The translations under genes were made by a program, and so were the position numbers. The notes under the pieces are model-generated. The model did not search any database. It was not told the origin of the DNA and saw only the letters and a program-made list of their open reading frames with translations. 64,000 nucleotides of DNA, taken from positions 10,072 through 74,071 of the forward strand of contig JANLSU010000121.1 of the NCBI GenBank assembly GCA_031362565.1, in the 5' to 3' direction. Shown in pieces: positions 1-9,770 of this stretch (within the stretch, counting starts at the first letter, position 1; each line of letters begins with the position of its first letter). This DNA comes from a bacterium (lineage in GTDB: Bacteria > Krumholzibacteriota > Krumholzibacteriia > G020349025).

Positions 1-94
1 GTCGGCACGGGGAACACCGTCCATGGGGTTGGGCTGACATTGGCCGTACGCGGGTTCGTGCCCCAAGGTTTCGTCGGGGACCGGACTCGAAGTC

Positions 95-1225
95 TCACGA
101 CAGAAGTTCGTCGCCCCAAAGGCGTCCAAGGAACTCGCGCCAGGGTACGATTTCGATCCCCTCGCGGACGCTGGCGCGGGGTTCCATCGAAACGATGATC
201 GCTGTCCGGGGATGATGCTCGTCCGCAAAGGCGCGAATTCCACGCAGGTCGCCGGGGCGAATGGGGCCGCCCTTCACTTCGATGGCAACTTCGCCGCCGC
301 CCAGCACGAAGTCCACTTCCAGGCCGGACTTGGTGCGCCAAAAATGAATATCGTAGTCGAGGCCGCGGTAGGCGCGATGCGCCTGGATTTCCATCAGAAC
401 GAAGTGCTCGAAGGCGCGGCCGAACTCTTCTCCGCGGGGCTCGGTAAGCGTTCGCTTCGTAATCGCCCCCGCAACACCCACGTCGAACAAGTAGAACTTG
501 CCGGCCTTCGTGATGGTGCTCCGGCCGCCGCGCTTCGTGAACGGGGCGATTGTGCTTCCCAGCAGAGTATCCATGACGATCTGGTAGTACTCCTTGACGG
601 TCTTGGAATCGACGCCGCAGTCGCGGGCGATGTTCGCATAGTTGGTGAGTTCGCCGTGCGAGTATCCCAACGCGTCGAAGAACCGGGAGAATGCCGGGAT
701 ATTGCGCGTCAGGCCCTCGTCGAAGACCTCCTCCTTGAGATAGTCACGCACATAGGCCTGGAGTGACCGGCGGTAGTGAGGATCCAAATAGTGGGCTGGC
801 AGCAAGCCGCGTTGCAGCGCACGCAAGAGATCCAGGTCCGGAATTTCCGGCGAGACCAGCGGATGCATTTCGAATCGCCAGGCCCGGCCGCCGAGCAGAT
901 TCGCCCGCCCGCGTTTCAATTTGCGAGCGCTCGAGCCCGTGAGGATGAACTGAATATGGCGGTTCTCAATGAGCCAGTGCACCTCGTCCAACAGCGCGGG
1001 CGCCTTCTGAACCTCGTCGATGACGAAGGGGTGGGCGCGCACGGCGGCGGGAGCGGCCTCGATTTCCTCGCGCAACCGCGACGGCCGCTTCAGAAGGTCG
1101 AAAAGAAGGTCCGTCTGGAGAAGGTCATAGCGCATGCTCTTGGGAAAGCGCTGCGCGAGAAAAGTCGTCTTCCCGGTCTTGCGGGGCCCCCACAGGAACG
1201 CGGATTTATTTGGACGGTAATTGAA
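95..1225 (-). CDS. AAA+ ATPase (AAA_14 + DUF4143-type C-terminus); 5' end appears damaged or truncated
   Basis: Walker A GPRKTGKT, Walker B VIDEVQ, TGSSAR, C-terminal 'FWRTKSGLEVDF...IEVK' PD-(D/E)xK-like motif. No plausible start codon directly upstream of SAFLWGPRKTGKT; the 537-aa ORF-track N-terminus runs through an IS remnant. Confidence 0.8.
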   Translation of the reverse strand, partial: FNYRPNKSAFLWGPRKTGKTTFLAQRFPKSMRYDLLQTDLLFDLLKRPSRLREEIEAAPAAVRAHPFVIDEVQKAPALLDEVHWLIENRHIQFILTGSSARKLKRGRANLLGGRAWRFEMHPLVSPEIPDLDLLRALQRGLLPAHYLDPHYRRSLQAYVRDYLKEEVFDEGLTRNIPAFSRFFDALGYSHGELTNYANIARDCGVDSKTVKEYYQIVMDTLLGSTIAPFTKRGGRSTITKAGKFYLFDVGVAGAITKRTLTEPRGEEFGRAFEHFVLMEIQAHRAYRGLDYDIHFWRTKSGLEVDFVLGGGEVAIEVKGGPIRPGDLRGIRAFADEHHPRTAIIVSMEPRASVREGIEIVPWREFLGRLWGDELLS

Positions 1226-1317
1226 TCCACTCTGGACGGACAGAAGAGATCGGCGGGGTCGCGCCGGATCGCGGACGCCTTCGCCGCGGAACACGGTGGT
1301 GTTCGTCTCCGACAAGA

Positions 1318-1450
1318 CGCGAAGTTCGGATCCGCAACCACCACTTCGTGGCCCAGCTCCTCCAAGCATCGCGCCACCCACTCGCTCTCCGTCGACGCCT
1401 CGATCACGATGCGAGCCCGCTCCCCCTTGCCAAGCGTCGCGCGAAATCGG
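1318..1450 (-). mobile_element. IS110-family transposase N-terminal remnant
   Basis: In ORF 1090..1614 the segment 'RFRATLGKGERARIVIEASTESEWVARCLEELGHEVVVADPNFA' resembles the IS110 DEDD domain; similarity stops on both sides. Confidence 0.7.
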
Positions 1451-1525
1451 CCGGGCAGTGGCGGAGCGTGCCTCGCGGGAGAGAGTGGAGTATGATAGAT
1501 TGGTTCGCATCGAGAGGAGACGAAA

Positions 1526-2053
1526 ATGCGGTATTTCGGATCGGCTCTTCGGTTTGACGCTACCGTGTTGCTCTGCCTCATCGTCGGCAGCAGCGCTGGA
1601 GCCGGCGCGTCCACGTACGCATTGAATGATGCCAGCCGGTTCAGACAGGGTTGCTTCGAGCTCTGCGCTTGTCCACAGACGGAAGCCGGCGTCGTGGGTT
1701 CCTTCCAACTGGTCCCAGCCGGCTTCGATGGTTCTTTCGAGATGTTCGATGTTTCCGCGGTCGACTGGACAGTGCTGTCGCCGCCGTTCGAGCTCAGCGG
1801 CTCAGGGACCTATCGCATCGACCGCGCCGCCCACCTCCAACGCCTCGAGCTCGACCTGCGCCGGGGCCTTGGCGACGTCGAGCATTTCGACAGCGGTCTC
1901 GTAGTCGCCGACGTCGACTTCCCCGCCGTCCGTGCGCAGGTCGCGATCCACGGTCCGCCAGCGTGCTTCGACACACGCTTCGAGCTGCACGCCTCGCCCC
2001 CCGTGGCGGTCCAAAGCACCACCTGGCCGGCGATCAAGGCCATGTACAAATGA
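1526..2053 (+). CDS. Secreted Cys-containing protein with TW-K-Y C-terminal tail
   Basis: RBS GAGAGGAG, signal-peptide-like N-terminus, CFELCAC, C-terminus VAVQSTTWPAIKAMYK. Confidence 0.75.
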   Translation: MRYFGSALRFDATVLLCLIVGSSAGAGASTYALNDASRFRQGCFELCACPQTEAGVVGSFQLVPAGFDGSFEMFDVSAVDWTVLSPPFELSGSGTYRIDRAAHLQRLELDLRRGLGDVEHFDSGLVVADVDFPAVRAQVAIHGPPACFDTRFELHASPPVAVQSTTWPAIKAMYK

Positions 2054-2111
2054 CAAGCGGCGTCGTCAGTTCACCTCAGGTCGTGATGTAGTGGCCGTGT
2101 GGCTCTGGATG

Positions 2112-2320
2112 CTACACCTGGTTCAATAAGTGGTCTGCCAAGTTCACGATCTCGGTCCCGTGGTCATCCTCGGAGTAGGTGCTGACTAGAATGCTGCGTG
2201 CCCCGGCACAAAGAAACGCCAATCCCAAATCGAGAGAGCCATCTGACGAGGAATCGAACGACAGCCCCCGGCATGCGGCCAGACTTATGAGTCGTGCTTC
2301 AGCCGCCAATGCTACTCGAT
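2112..2320 (-). pseudogene. CHAT-domain C-terminal fragment
   Basis: 'ARLISLAACRG...DGSLDLGLAFLCAGARSILVSTYSEDDHGT' aligns by eye with 'DLAVLSACETG...EGVYALSRGFLAAGAQQVVASLWSVEDEST' of the intact CHAT protein in this window. Confidence 0.6.
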
Positions 2321-2545
2321 CTCCTGCGCGGTGAGTCGGCCGTCGACCGGAGCACCAGCTACATTGCAAGACGGCAACGAGTCGAGGGCTCTCTCCGATG
2401 CGCGGTGACCAATGAGAATATCGGCGCCAGGTAGGGCTCGGGACAGATTTTCAATCTCGTTGGCTTCCCTGCGCAGCGGTGCAAGTTTTCCTATCCCTCA
2501 TATGCCCGCCGGCTGGAGATGCCGCTGCTGCGCCGGCATTCGCAT

Positions 2546-4315
2546 TCAGTACCCCAGCGCTGCACCGCGCGAACGCGGATCGCTGACACCGCGGCGCGTG
2601 CCGTTGGGCAGAATCTCGATGCATTGTGCACTGCTGTAGGGGGTGCGTTCGCGCAACGCGTGGCCCATGGCGGTGAGATTGTTGCGTACGTCGTCGGTGA
2701 AAGCGCCGGGCTCGTAGTAGATCAAGTCCGGCTGCCACTGATGATGGAACCGGGGTGTCGCAACGGCCGTTTCGAGCGTCACCCCGTGATCGCGCACATC
2801 GACGAGAATATTCAGCACCGTCGTGATGATGCGCGGTCCGCCGGGACTGCCGAGCACGAGCCACGGGTGGCCGCCCTTGCGAACAATGGTCGGGCACATC
2901 GACGACAGCGGCCGTTTGCCGGCGGCAATCGCGTTTGCTTCGCCGCCCACCAGGCCGTACATGTTCGGCGTGCCCGGCTTGGCGGTGAAATCGTCCATCT
3001 CGTTGTTGAGAAGAAACCCGGCGCCCGCGACCATGAAGCCGCTGCCGAATTCGTCGTTCAGAGTCGTCGTGAAGCTCGCGATGTTGCCGGCGGCGTCGAC
3101 CACCGAAAGATGCGTCGTGTGATCGGGCTCGGGGGGCGCCGTGCGCAGCGTGTCCCAGGCGGCGTCCGCCGGGACGAGTGCCATGTGACCACCGGGCTCC
3201 CAGGGCCACGGATCGCCAGGCTGGAGTTTGCCGCGCGGCGTCGCATGTTCGGGGTCGATCGATTCAATGAGTTTCTTGATGTACGGCGCCGCAAGCAAAC
3301 CGGTGACCGGCGGGCGAATGAATGCCGGGTCGCCAAGATGCGTATTACGATCTGCGAAGGCGCGCGCCATGGCCTCGGCCGTGAGATGCACGCGGTATGT
3401 CGACCGTGGACCGGTGGCGGAAATCTGCCAGTGCTCCAAGATCGCGAGCATCTCGAGCAGCGTCACACCTCCCGAACTCGGCGGCGGCACGACGATGACC
3501 TCGAGATCACGATAGCGCCCGCGGAGCGGGGTGCGTTCGGTGGCGCGATAGCCGGCCAAGTCGGCGCGTTTGATGGGCCCTTGAACGCGCTCCATCTCCT
3601 TGGCGACGATTTCTGAAATCGCCCCTTCGTAGAACGTCAGCGGACCCGATTGCGCGAGCAGCCGGAGCGTACGCGCCAGATCGCGCTGCTGGAGCTTGTC
3701 ACCAGCGCGCAGCGGCCGGCCGTGTGGTAGAAAAATGTCGGCGCTGGCGGGAAACGCTTTGAGCTTGTCCTTCGACTGGTCGACCGCGGCGGCAAGGTCC
3801 TCGTTCACCGAGAAGCCGTCCTGCGCGTAGCGGATGGCGGGCGCCACGAGACTGCGCCAGGGACGGCGCCCATACTTCGACCAGGCGAGATACAGCCCGG
3901 CCGGAGTGCCCGGCACTCCCGACGCCCACGGTCCGACGCGCGATCGCAACGAATCCGCATTGCCCTTTGCGTCCAGGTACATGTCACGGGATGCTGCCGC
4001 CGGCGCTGTTTCGCGGCAGTCGATCACGGTGCATAGGCTGTCGCTGGCCCGATAGAAGAGCAGGAATCCACCGCCCCCCAAATTGCCCGCTTGGGGATGC
4101 ACGACGGCCAGCGCGAGTGCGGTCGCGACGGCAGCATCGATGGCATTGCCGCCGTTCTTCAGGGTTTCAAGTCCAACGCGGGTCGCGAGCGGCTGTTGAC
4201 TCACGACCATGCCGTGGGCGCCGGTCGCAACTTGGCCGTCGCGATACACGAGCGGCGCCGCCGACACGGAGACGGTTCCGCAAACCAAGGTCGCAAGAGC
4301 AATCATCAGCCGCAC
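2546..4315 (-). CDS. ggt: Gamma-glutamyltransferase (secreted)
   Basis: Signal peptide, GGNAIDAAVA, GLGGG-like GNLGGGGF, DCRETAP, autocleavage/catalytic HTTHLSVVD, LNNEMDDF, KRPLSSMCP, GSPGG. Confidence 0.95.
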   Translation of the reverse strand: MRLMIALATLVCGTVSVSAAPLVYRDGQVATGAHGMVVSQQPLATRVGLETLKNGGNAIDAAVATALALAVVHPQAGNLGGGGFLLFYRASDSLCTVIDCRETAPAAASRDMYLDAKGNADSLRSRVGPWASGVPGTPAGLYLAWSKYGRRPWRSLVAPAIRYAQDGFSVNEDLAAAVDQSKDKLKAFPASADIFLPHGRPLRAGDKLQQRDLARTLRLLAQSGPLTFYEGAISEIVAKEMERVQGPIKRADLAGYRATERTPLRGRYRDLEVIVVPPPSSGGVTLLEMLAILEHWQISATGPRSTYRVHLTAEAMARAFADRNTHLGDPAFIRPPVTGLLAAPYIKKLIESIDPEHATPRGKLQPGDPWPWEPGGHMALVPADAAWDTLRTAPPEPDHTTHLSVVDAAGNIASFTTTLNDEFGSGFMVAGAGFLLNNEMDDFTAKPGTPNMYGLVGGEANAIAAGKRPLSSMCPTIVRKGGHPWLVLGSPGGPRIITTVLNILVDVRDHGVTLETAVATPRFHHQWQPDLIYYEPGAFTDDVRNNLTAMGHALRERTPYSSAQCIEILPNGTRRGVSDPRSRGAALGY

Positions 4316-5061
4316 AGCACAGCTCCACCGTTGACGTTGAGAATCTCGCCGGTAATATGCGCCGCCAAGTCCGAAGCGAGAAAAACGATTGGACCCGCGA
4401 TCTCATCCGGGGTCGCAACACGGCCGCGCGGAATCGCCGCCTCGATTTCGAGCCGCCGCGCCGGCTGCTGCATTTCACGCTCGACCATCTCGGTACCGAC
4501 CCAACCCGGCGCGACCGCGTTGACCCGCACGCGCGGCGCGAGTTCGACCGCCAACGACTTGGTCCACGCCACGAGCGCGCCCTTGCTGGCGGCATAGTGC
4601 GAGTGGTCCGCTTCGCCGCGCTGGGCGGCCGTCGAGGTTACGATCACGATCGCCGCCGATTCGGACTGCTGCAAGAACGGCAAGAGCGCCTGCGTCAGTT
4701 CGAAAACGGCGTCGAGGTTGACGCGCATCGTTTCGCGCCACACTTCGAGGGACATGGATTCGACGCGGCCGGCAGTCCAAATGCCGGCGTTGTGCACGAG
4801 CACGTCGAGACGACCAGTCGCGGCCGCAACAGTGGCCGCAATCCGGGTCGCTGCACCTGCTTCACCCAGGTCGGCTGCCACGAGCCAGGCCCGTCGCCCC
4901 GCCGCGCGCACATCCGCCGCCACCTGATTCGCTTGCGAAGGCGAGGCGCGGTGGTGCACGACCACGTCCGCGCCGGCGCGCGCGAAAGCGCCGGCCGTGG
5001 CGGCGCCGATTCCGCGCGAGGCCCCGGTCACAAGTGCGATGCGTCCCGAAAGATCGATCAC
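4306..5061 (-). CDS. SDR-family oxidoreductase (FabG-like)
   Basis: TGASRGIG, HNAG, YAASK, VNAVAPG; GTG start after GGAGG. Confidence 0.9.
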   Translation of the reverse strand: MIDLSGRIALVTGASRGIGAATAGAFARAGADVVVHHRASPSQANQVAADVRAAGRRAWLVAADLGEAGAATRIAATVAAATGRLDVLVHNAGIWTAGRVESMSLEVWRETMRVNLDAVFELTQALLPFLQQSESAAIVIVTSTAAQRGEADHSHYAASKGALVAWTKSLAVELAPRVRVNAVAPGWVGTEMVEREMQQPARRLEIEAAIPRGRVATPDEIAGPIVFLASDLAAHITGEILNVNGGAVLCG

Positions 5062-5153
5062 AGGTCCTCCGGCGGCCAGTGTATCTTGCGCGCGGGATCC
5101 TGTCCGCCATAATGCGCCTCGAGCCGAGGGTCGGGAATGCGCCTGGAGAAATC

Positions 5154-7184
5154 GTGGACGAGGCGACACCACAAAGTTTGAACCTACCGACGCTTCCGGC
5201 ACCGGATCGCGCGCCGCCGGGCGGTCGCATGGCGCGCTGGTTGTTGCACGGCGGCAATCTCGACTCACCGGCGAGACACGGACACGGGCATCCGTGGTAC
5301 CAAGTGCTCTGGCTGACCGGTGTCGACTATTTTTCGACCCTCGGATACCAGCCGGGCATTGCGCTCTTGGCGGCTGGGGCCTTGTCACCGCTCGCCACGG
5401 TGTTGCTCTTGGTCGTGACACTCTGTGGTGCGCTACCGGTCTACGCGCAAGTGGCGCGGCGATCGTTCGCGGGCCAGGGCTCTATCGCCATGCTGGAAAA
5501 TTTGCTCCCCGGCTGGGGCGGCAAGTTGTTCGTTCTAGCACTCCTCGGATTCGCCACCACCGACTTCGTCATTACCATGACGCTGTCGGCTGCCGACGCG
5601 GCGCAGCACGCCATCGAAAACCCTTTCATGCATCCGTATTTGGGCGATCACCAAATGTGGCTGACGTTGGGATTTCTCGCCGTCTTGGCGCTCGTCTTTC
5701 TCAAGGGTTTCAAGGAAGCGATCGGCGTCGCCGGGTTTCTGACCGTGCCCTATCTCCTGCTGAACGTGGTAGTCATCGGCCGCGGCCTCGTCGAAATTGC
5801 CCACCGGCCTGAACTCTTCGAGGGCTGGCGCAGTGCTCTCACGCTGCGTGGGGACTGGACCATGTTGTTCGCGGCGTCGGCACTCGTGTTTCCGAAGTTG
5901 GCGCTCGGCATGAGCGGGTTCGAGACCGGCGTCGCCGTCATGCCACTCATCTCGGGAGGCGATCGCTTGCCCGGGGGCGCCGCGCACTCCGAGCATGGGT
6001 TGCCGGCAGGTGCCGCCGTCGACCTGCCGCTCGGGCGAATCCAGGCCACGCGCCGGTTGTTGACGACGGCGGCACTCATCATGAGCGTACTGCTCATTGG
6101 CTCGAGCTTCGTCACGACATTGCTGCTCAAGCAGGCGGATGTCGCGGAAGGCGGGCCGGCCGCGGGACGCGCGCTCGCTTATCTCGCGCACACGCTTCTC
6201 GGGCACGGCTTCGGCACGGTGTACGACGTCTCGACGATCGCCATCTTATGGTTCGCCGGCGCCTCCGCCATGGCCGGCATGCTGAACTTGATTCCGCGCT
6301 ATCTGCCGCGCTTCGGCATGGCACCACGCTGGGTCTCCTATGCACGTCCGCTGGTGCTCGTGCTTTTCGCCATCGACGTGATCGTCACCGTGGTCTTTCA
6401 GGCCAACGTCGAGAAGCAGGGTGGCGCCTATGCCACCGGCGTTCTCGTCCTCATGCTGTCGGCCGCTATAGCGGTCACGCTCGCGCTCTGGAACGAGCCG
6501 CCACCGGCAGGCGCGGCTTCACGCCGCCGGGCCCGGATCCTGGCCAGTTACTTCGCGCTGGTCTCCGCCGTCCTGGGCTACACCCTCGTCGACAACGTCA
6601 TCGAACGGCCGGACGGCGTCATCGTCTCGAGCGTGTTCATCTTCATCGTCGTGGTACTGGGTGCCATCAGCCGTTACGTCCGCGCCAGCGAACTCCGGGT
6701 CGAGCACATTACGTTCGCCGACAGCGACTCGAAGGCGTTGTGGCCCAACATCATCGGCAAGAGGGTGCATCTGGTGGCACTCAAGACCGCCGACCGGACC
6801 GCACGCGATCGCAAGCGCGCCGAGATCCAGCAGCATTACCGGGTCGCGGGACCGTTCGCATTCGTGCACGTCAACCTGCTCGACAACCGGAGCGAATTCT
6901 TGGCGCCACTGCAATTGCATGTGCGGCAGAGCGGCCAAGACTACGATGTCGCGATCACCGGCGCGGTTGCCGTGGCGAACAGCCTGGCGTATTTCAGCGA
7001 ACTCGTCGATCCGATCAGCATTTACCTGGGCCTGACGCGCCTCAACCTGATGACCCAGTCGCTACGCTATTTCCTGTTCGGCGAAGGCGAAGTCGGCTTT
7101 TCGGTCTACGCCATCCTCGTCCGGTACTGGGAATGGACCCCCGAGGACGACGTGCGGCCGCTTATCTTCCTGATGAGCGAATGA
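5154..7184 (+). CDS. APC-superfamily amino acid/cation transporter
   Basis: 'WLTGVDYFSTLGYQPGIA', 'LALGMSGFETGV', many hydrophobic helices and a soluble C-terminal domain. Confidence 0.8.
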   Translation: MDEATPQSLNLPTLPAPDRAPPGGRMARWLLHGGNLDSPARHGHGHPWYQVLWLTGVDYFSTLGYQPGIALLAAGALSPLATVLLLVVTLCGALPVYAQVARRSFAGQGSIAMLENLLPGWGGKLFVLALLGFATTDFVITMTLSAADAAQHAIENPFMHPYLGDHQMWLTLGFLAVLALVFLKGFKEAIGVAGFLTVPYLLLNVVVIGRGLVEIAHRPELFEGWRSALTLRGDWTMLFAASALVFPKLALGMSGFETGVAVMPLISGGDRLPGGAAHSEHGLPAGAAVDLPLGRIQATRRLLTTAALIMSVLLIGSSFVTTLLLKQADVAEGGPAAGRALAYLAHTLLGHGFGTVYDVSTIAILWFAGASAMAGMLNLIPRYLPRFGMAPRWVSYARPLVLVLFAIDVIVTVVFQANVEKQGGAYATGVLVLMLSAAIAVTLALWNEPPPAGAASRRRARILASYFALVSAVLGYTLVDNVIERPDGVIVSSVFIFIVVVLGAISRYVRASELRVEHITFADSDSKALWPNIIGKRVHLVALKTADRTARDRKRAEIQQHYRVAGPFAFVHVNLLDNRSEFLAPLQLHVRQSGQDYDVAITGAVAVANSLAYFSELVDPISIYLGLTRLNLMTQSLRYFLFGEGEVGFSVYAILVRYWEWTPEDDVRPLIFLMSE

Positions 7185-7307
7185 GTGTCGTTCGCGCCTG
7201 CCACGTGCCGCGCCCGGCAAGATGACCACACGCGGCGACGGCTTTGACCCGGCGCGCCGTTTGCAGGTAGACTGGTCTTGTCCCGCCGGAACCCGAGGAG
7301 GCTGCCG

Positions 7308-8525
7308 TTGAGTCTGCGCCCGCAGCGCGCCGTGGTTCTGCCCGAGCGCGCCCGACGCATGCCTGCCTCGCCGATCCGCAAGTTGGCACCCTTGTACGAC
7401 CAGGCCAAGGCGCGCGGCCTGCACGTCTACGCGCTCAACATCGGCCAGCCCGATATCTTGACGCCCGTCGAGATGCGCAACGCCTACAAGAATTGGGACC
7501 AGCAAGTGCTGGCGTATGGACACTCGGCGGGGCTTGCCGACTACCGCATTGGGCTGGCGCGCTACTACGCGCGTTTCGAGATCGACGTGCAACCGGAAGA
7601 GATCCTGGTCACGACCGGCGGCTCGGAAGCGATTCTCTTCGCGCTCATGGCCATCTGCGGCCCCGGCGACAACGTCCTCGTCCCCGAACCGTTCTATACG
7701 AACTACGCCGGCTTCGCGGTCATGGCCGGTGCCGAAGTGCGGGCGATTCCATCGCGCGCCGAGGACGGCTTTCATTTGCCGCCGCGGAGCGTCATCGACG
7801 CCATGGTCGATGACCGCACCCGCGCCATCCTGTGGTCGAGCCCCGGCAATCCGACCGGCGCGATCCTGACCCGCCACGAGCTCGAAATGCTGGGCGATGT
7901 CGCGCTCGAGCACGGCCTCTTTCTCTTGGCCGATGAAGTCTATCGCGAGTTCACTTATGACGGCGCGCGTCATACGAGCCTGTTTCACCTCGCTGGGCTC
8001 GATGACCGCGCCGTCATTCTCGACAGCATCTCGAAGCGCTTCAGCGCTTGCGGAGCACGCATCGGTTCGCTCATGACGCGCAACCGCGAGATTTTGGACG
8101 CGTGTTTGCGCTTCGCGCAGGCGCGTCTGTGCCCGCCGACCATCGATCAGTACGCGGCGTTGGCGGCACTCGAAACGCCGCAGAGCTACTTCGACGACGT
8201 GCGCGACGAATACCAGAAGCGCCGGAACGTCCTGGTCGAAGCGCTGGGGAAACTTCCCGGAGTGAAATGCCGCCGGCCCGACGGGGCCTTTTATCTCATG
8301 GCCGAACTGCCGGTGGACGACAGCGAACGCTTCGCGCGCTGGATGCTCGAGGAGTTCGAGTGCGACAAACGCACGGTCATGATGGCACCCGGCCCCGGGT
8401 TCTACATGACGCCTGGCGCCGGCGCGCGCGAAGTACGGCTGGCGTATGTGCTCTGCTGTGAAGACCTCGTCGAGTCCATGCGCGTCCTCGGCCGTGGCCT
8501 CGCGGAATATCCCGGCCGCGTCTAA
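7308..8525 (+). CDS. PLP-dependent aminotransferase class I/II (aspartate aminotransferase-like)
   Basis: LNIGQPD, TTGGSEA, PGNPTG, DEVYREF, SISKRFSACGARIG (PLP Lys). Confidence 0.92.
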   Translation: MSLRPQRAVVLPERARRMPASPIRKLAPLYDQAKARGLHVYALNIGQPDILTPVEMRNAYKNWDQQVLAYGHSAGLADYRIGLARYYARFEIDVQPEEILVTTGGSEAILFALMAICGPGDNVLVPEPFYTNYAGFAVMAGAEVRAIPSRAEDGFHLPPRSVIDAMVDDRTRAILWSSPGNPTGAILTRHELEMLGDVALEHGLFLLADEVYREFTYDGARHTSLFHLAGLDDRAVILDSISKRFSACGARIGSLMTRNREILDACLRFAQARLCPPTIDQYAALAALETPQSYFDDVRDEYQKRRNVLVEALGKLPGVKCRRPDGAFYLMAELPVDDSERFARWMLEEFECDKRTVMMAPGPGFYMTPGAGAREVRLAYVLCCEDLVESMRVLGRGLAEYPGRV

Positions 8526-8526
8526 G

Positions 8527-9750
8527 ATGGCCCGCCTGCATCCGTTCTGCGCCGTGCGTCCAGAGGCCGGGAGCGCCGCGCGCGTTGCCGCGCCGCCCTA
8601 CGACGTCATGACGGCCGATGAGGCCCGCACCCTCGCCCATGACAATCCACTCAGCTTCCTGCGCGTGACGCGCGCCGAACTCGAATTGGCCGCCGGCACG
8701 CCGCCCTACTCTGAAGCGGTGTACGAGCGGGCGCGCACCAACTTCGAAGCGTTGCGCGCTGCCGGGACGTTGCTCCGGGATGCGGAGCCGGCCGTGTACG
8801 TGTACCGGCTGCGCATGGGCGATCACGAGCAGACGGGCGTCGCGGGGTGTTTCTCGGTGGACGAATACGAGCAGGACATCATCAAGAAGCATGAGCGCAC
8901 GCGGCCAGACAAGGAAGACGACCGCACGCGCCACATCGGCGCCCTGCGCGCGCAGACGGGTCCCGTGTTCCTGACCTATCGCGCTGCGGCCGCAATTGAC
9001 GCGCGGGTCGGAGCGATTGCGGCGCAAGCGCCTCTCTACGACTTCGTGGCGCCGGATGGGGTGCGGCATACGCTGTGGCGCGCCGCGGCCGCCGACGGGC
9101 AGGCGCTTTGCACCGAGTTCGCGGCGGTTCCAGCGCTCTACATCGCCGACGGACATCATCGCGCCGCGAGCGCGGCCCGCAATCGCGCCGCCGAGCAGCG
9201 CCTGGCGAAGCCGGCACCAGACGCGAGCCTATTCTTGGCGGTGGCTTTCGCCGACACCCAAGTCCGCATCCTGCCCTACAACCGCGTCGTGAAGGATTTG
9301 GCGGGCCAAAGCGTCGACGAATTTCGGGCGGCGATCACGCGGCTCGCACCACGCGTCGACTTGCGGGCCGGCGGCCCGGTGCCGGCACGGGCCGGCGAGG
9401 TCGCGATGTATCTCGACGGCCGTTGGCACCAGTTGGCGTTCGGCGACATCGACGCCGGCGATCCCGTTCGCAGGCTCGATGCTAGCCTGCTCCAGGACCG
9501 CATCTTGGGTCCGCTGCTCGGGATCGAAGATCCGCGCACCGACACGCGCATCGATTTTGTCGGTGGCATTCGCGGTCCAGAGGACCTTGTGCGCCGCGTC
9601 GAGGCCGGCCAAGCCGCGGTGGCATTCGCGCTGTTTCCGCTCGCGGTCGACGACTTGATACAGGTATCGGATGCCGGCGCCGTATTGCCACCCAAGTCGA
9701 CGTGGTTCGAACCCAAGCTTCGCGACGGGCTCCTCGTGCATGTGTTTTAA
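8527..9750 (+). CDS. DUF1015 family protein
   Basis: APPYDV, IKKHERT, YIADGHHR, C-terminal PPKSTWFEPKLRDGL. Confidence 0.9.
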   Translation: MARLHPFCAVRPEAGSAARVAAPPYDVMTADEARTLAHDNPLSFLRVTRAELELAAGTPPYSEAVYERARTNFEALRAAGTLLRDAEPAVYVYRLRMGDHEQTGVAGCFSVDEYEQDIIKKHERTRPDKEDDRTRHIGALRAQTGPVFLTYRAAAAIDARVGAIAAQAPLYDFVAPDGVRHTLWRAAAADGQALCTEFAAVPALYIADGHHRAASAARNRAAEQRLAKPAPDASLFLAVAFADTQVRILPYNRVVKDLAGQSVDEFRAAITRLAPRVDLRAGGPVPARAGEVAMYLDGRWHQLAFGDIDAGDPVRRLDASLLQDRILGPLLGIEDPRTDTRIDFVGGIRGPEDLVRRVEAGQAAVAFALFPLAVDDLIQVSDAGAVLPPKSTWFEPKLRDGLLVHVF

Positions 9751-9770
9751 AGGCGGTTAGGGGCAAACCC

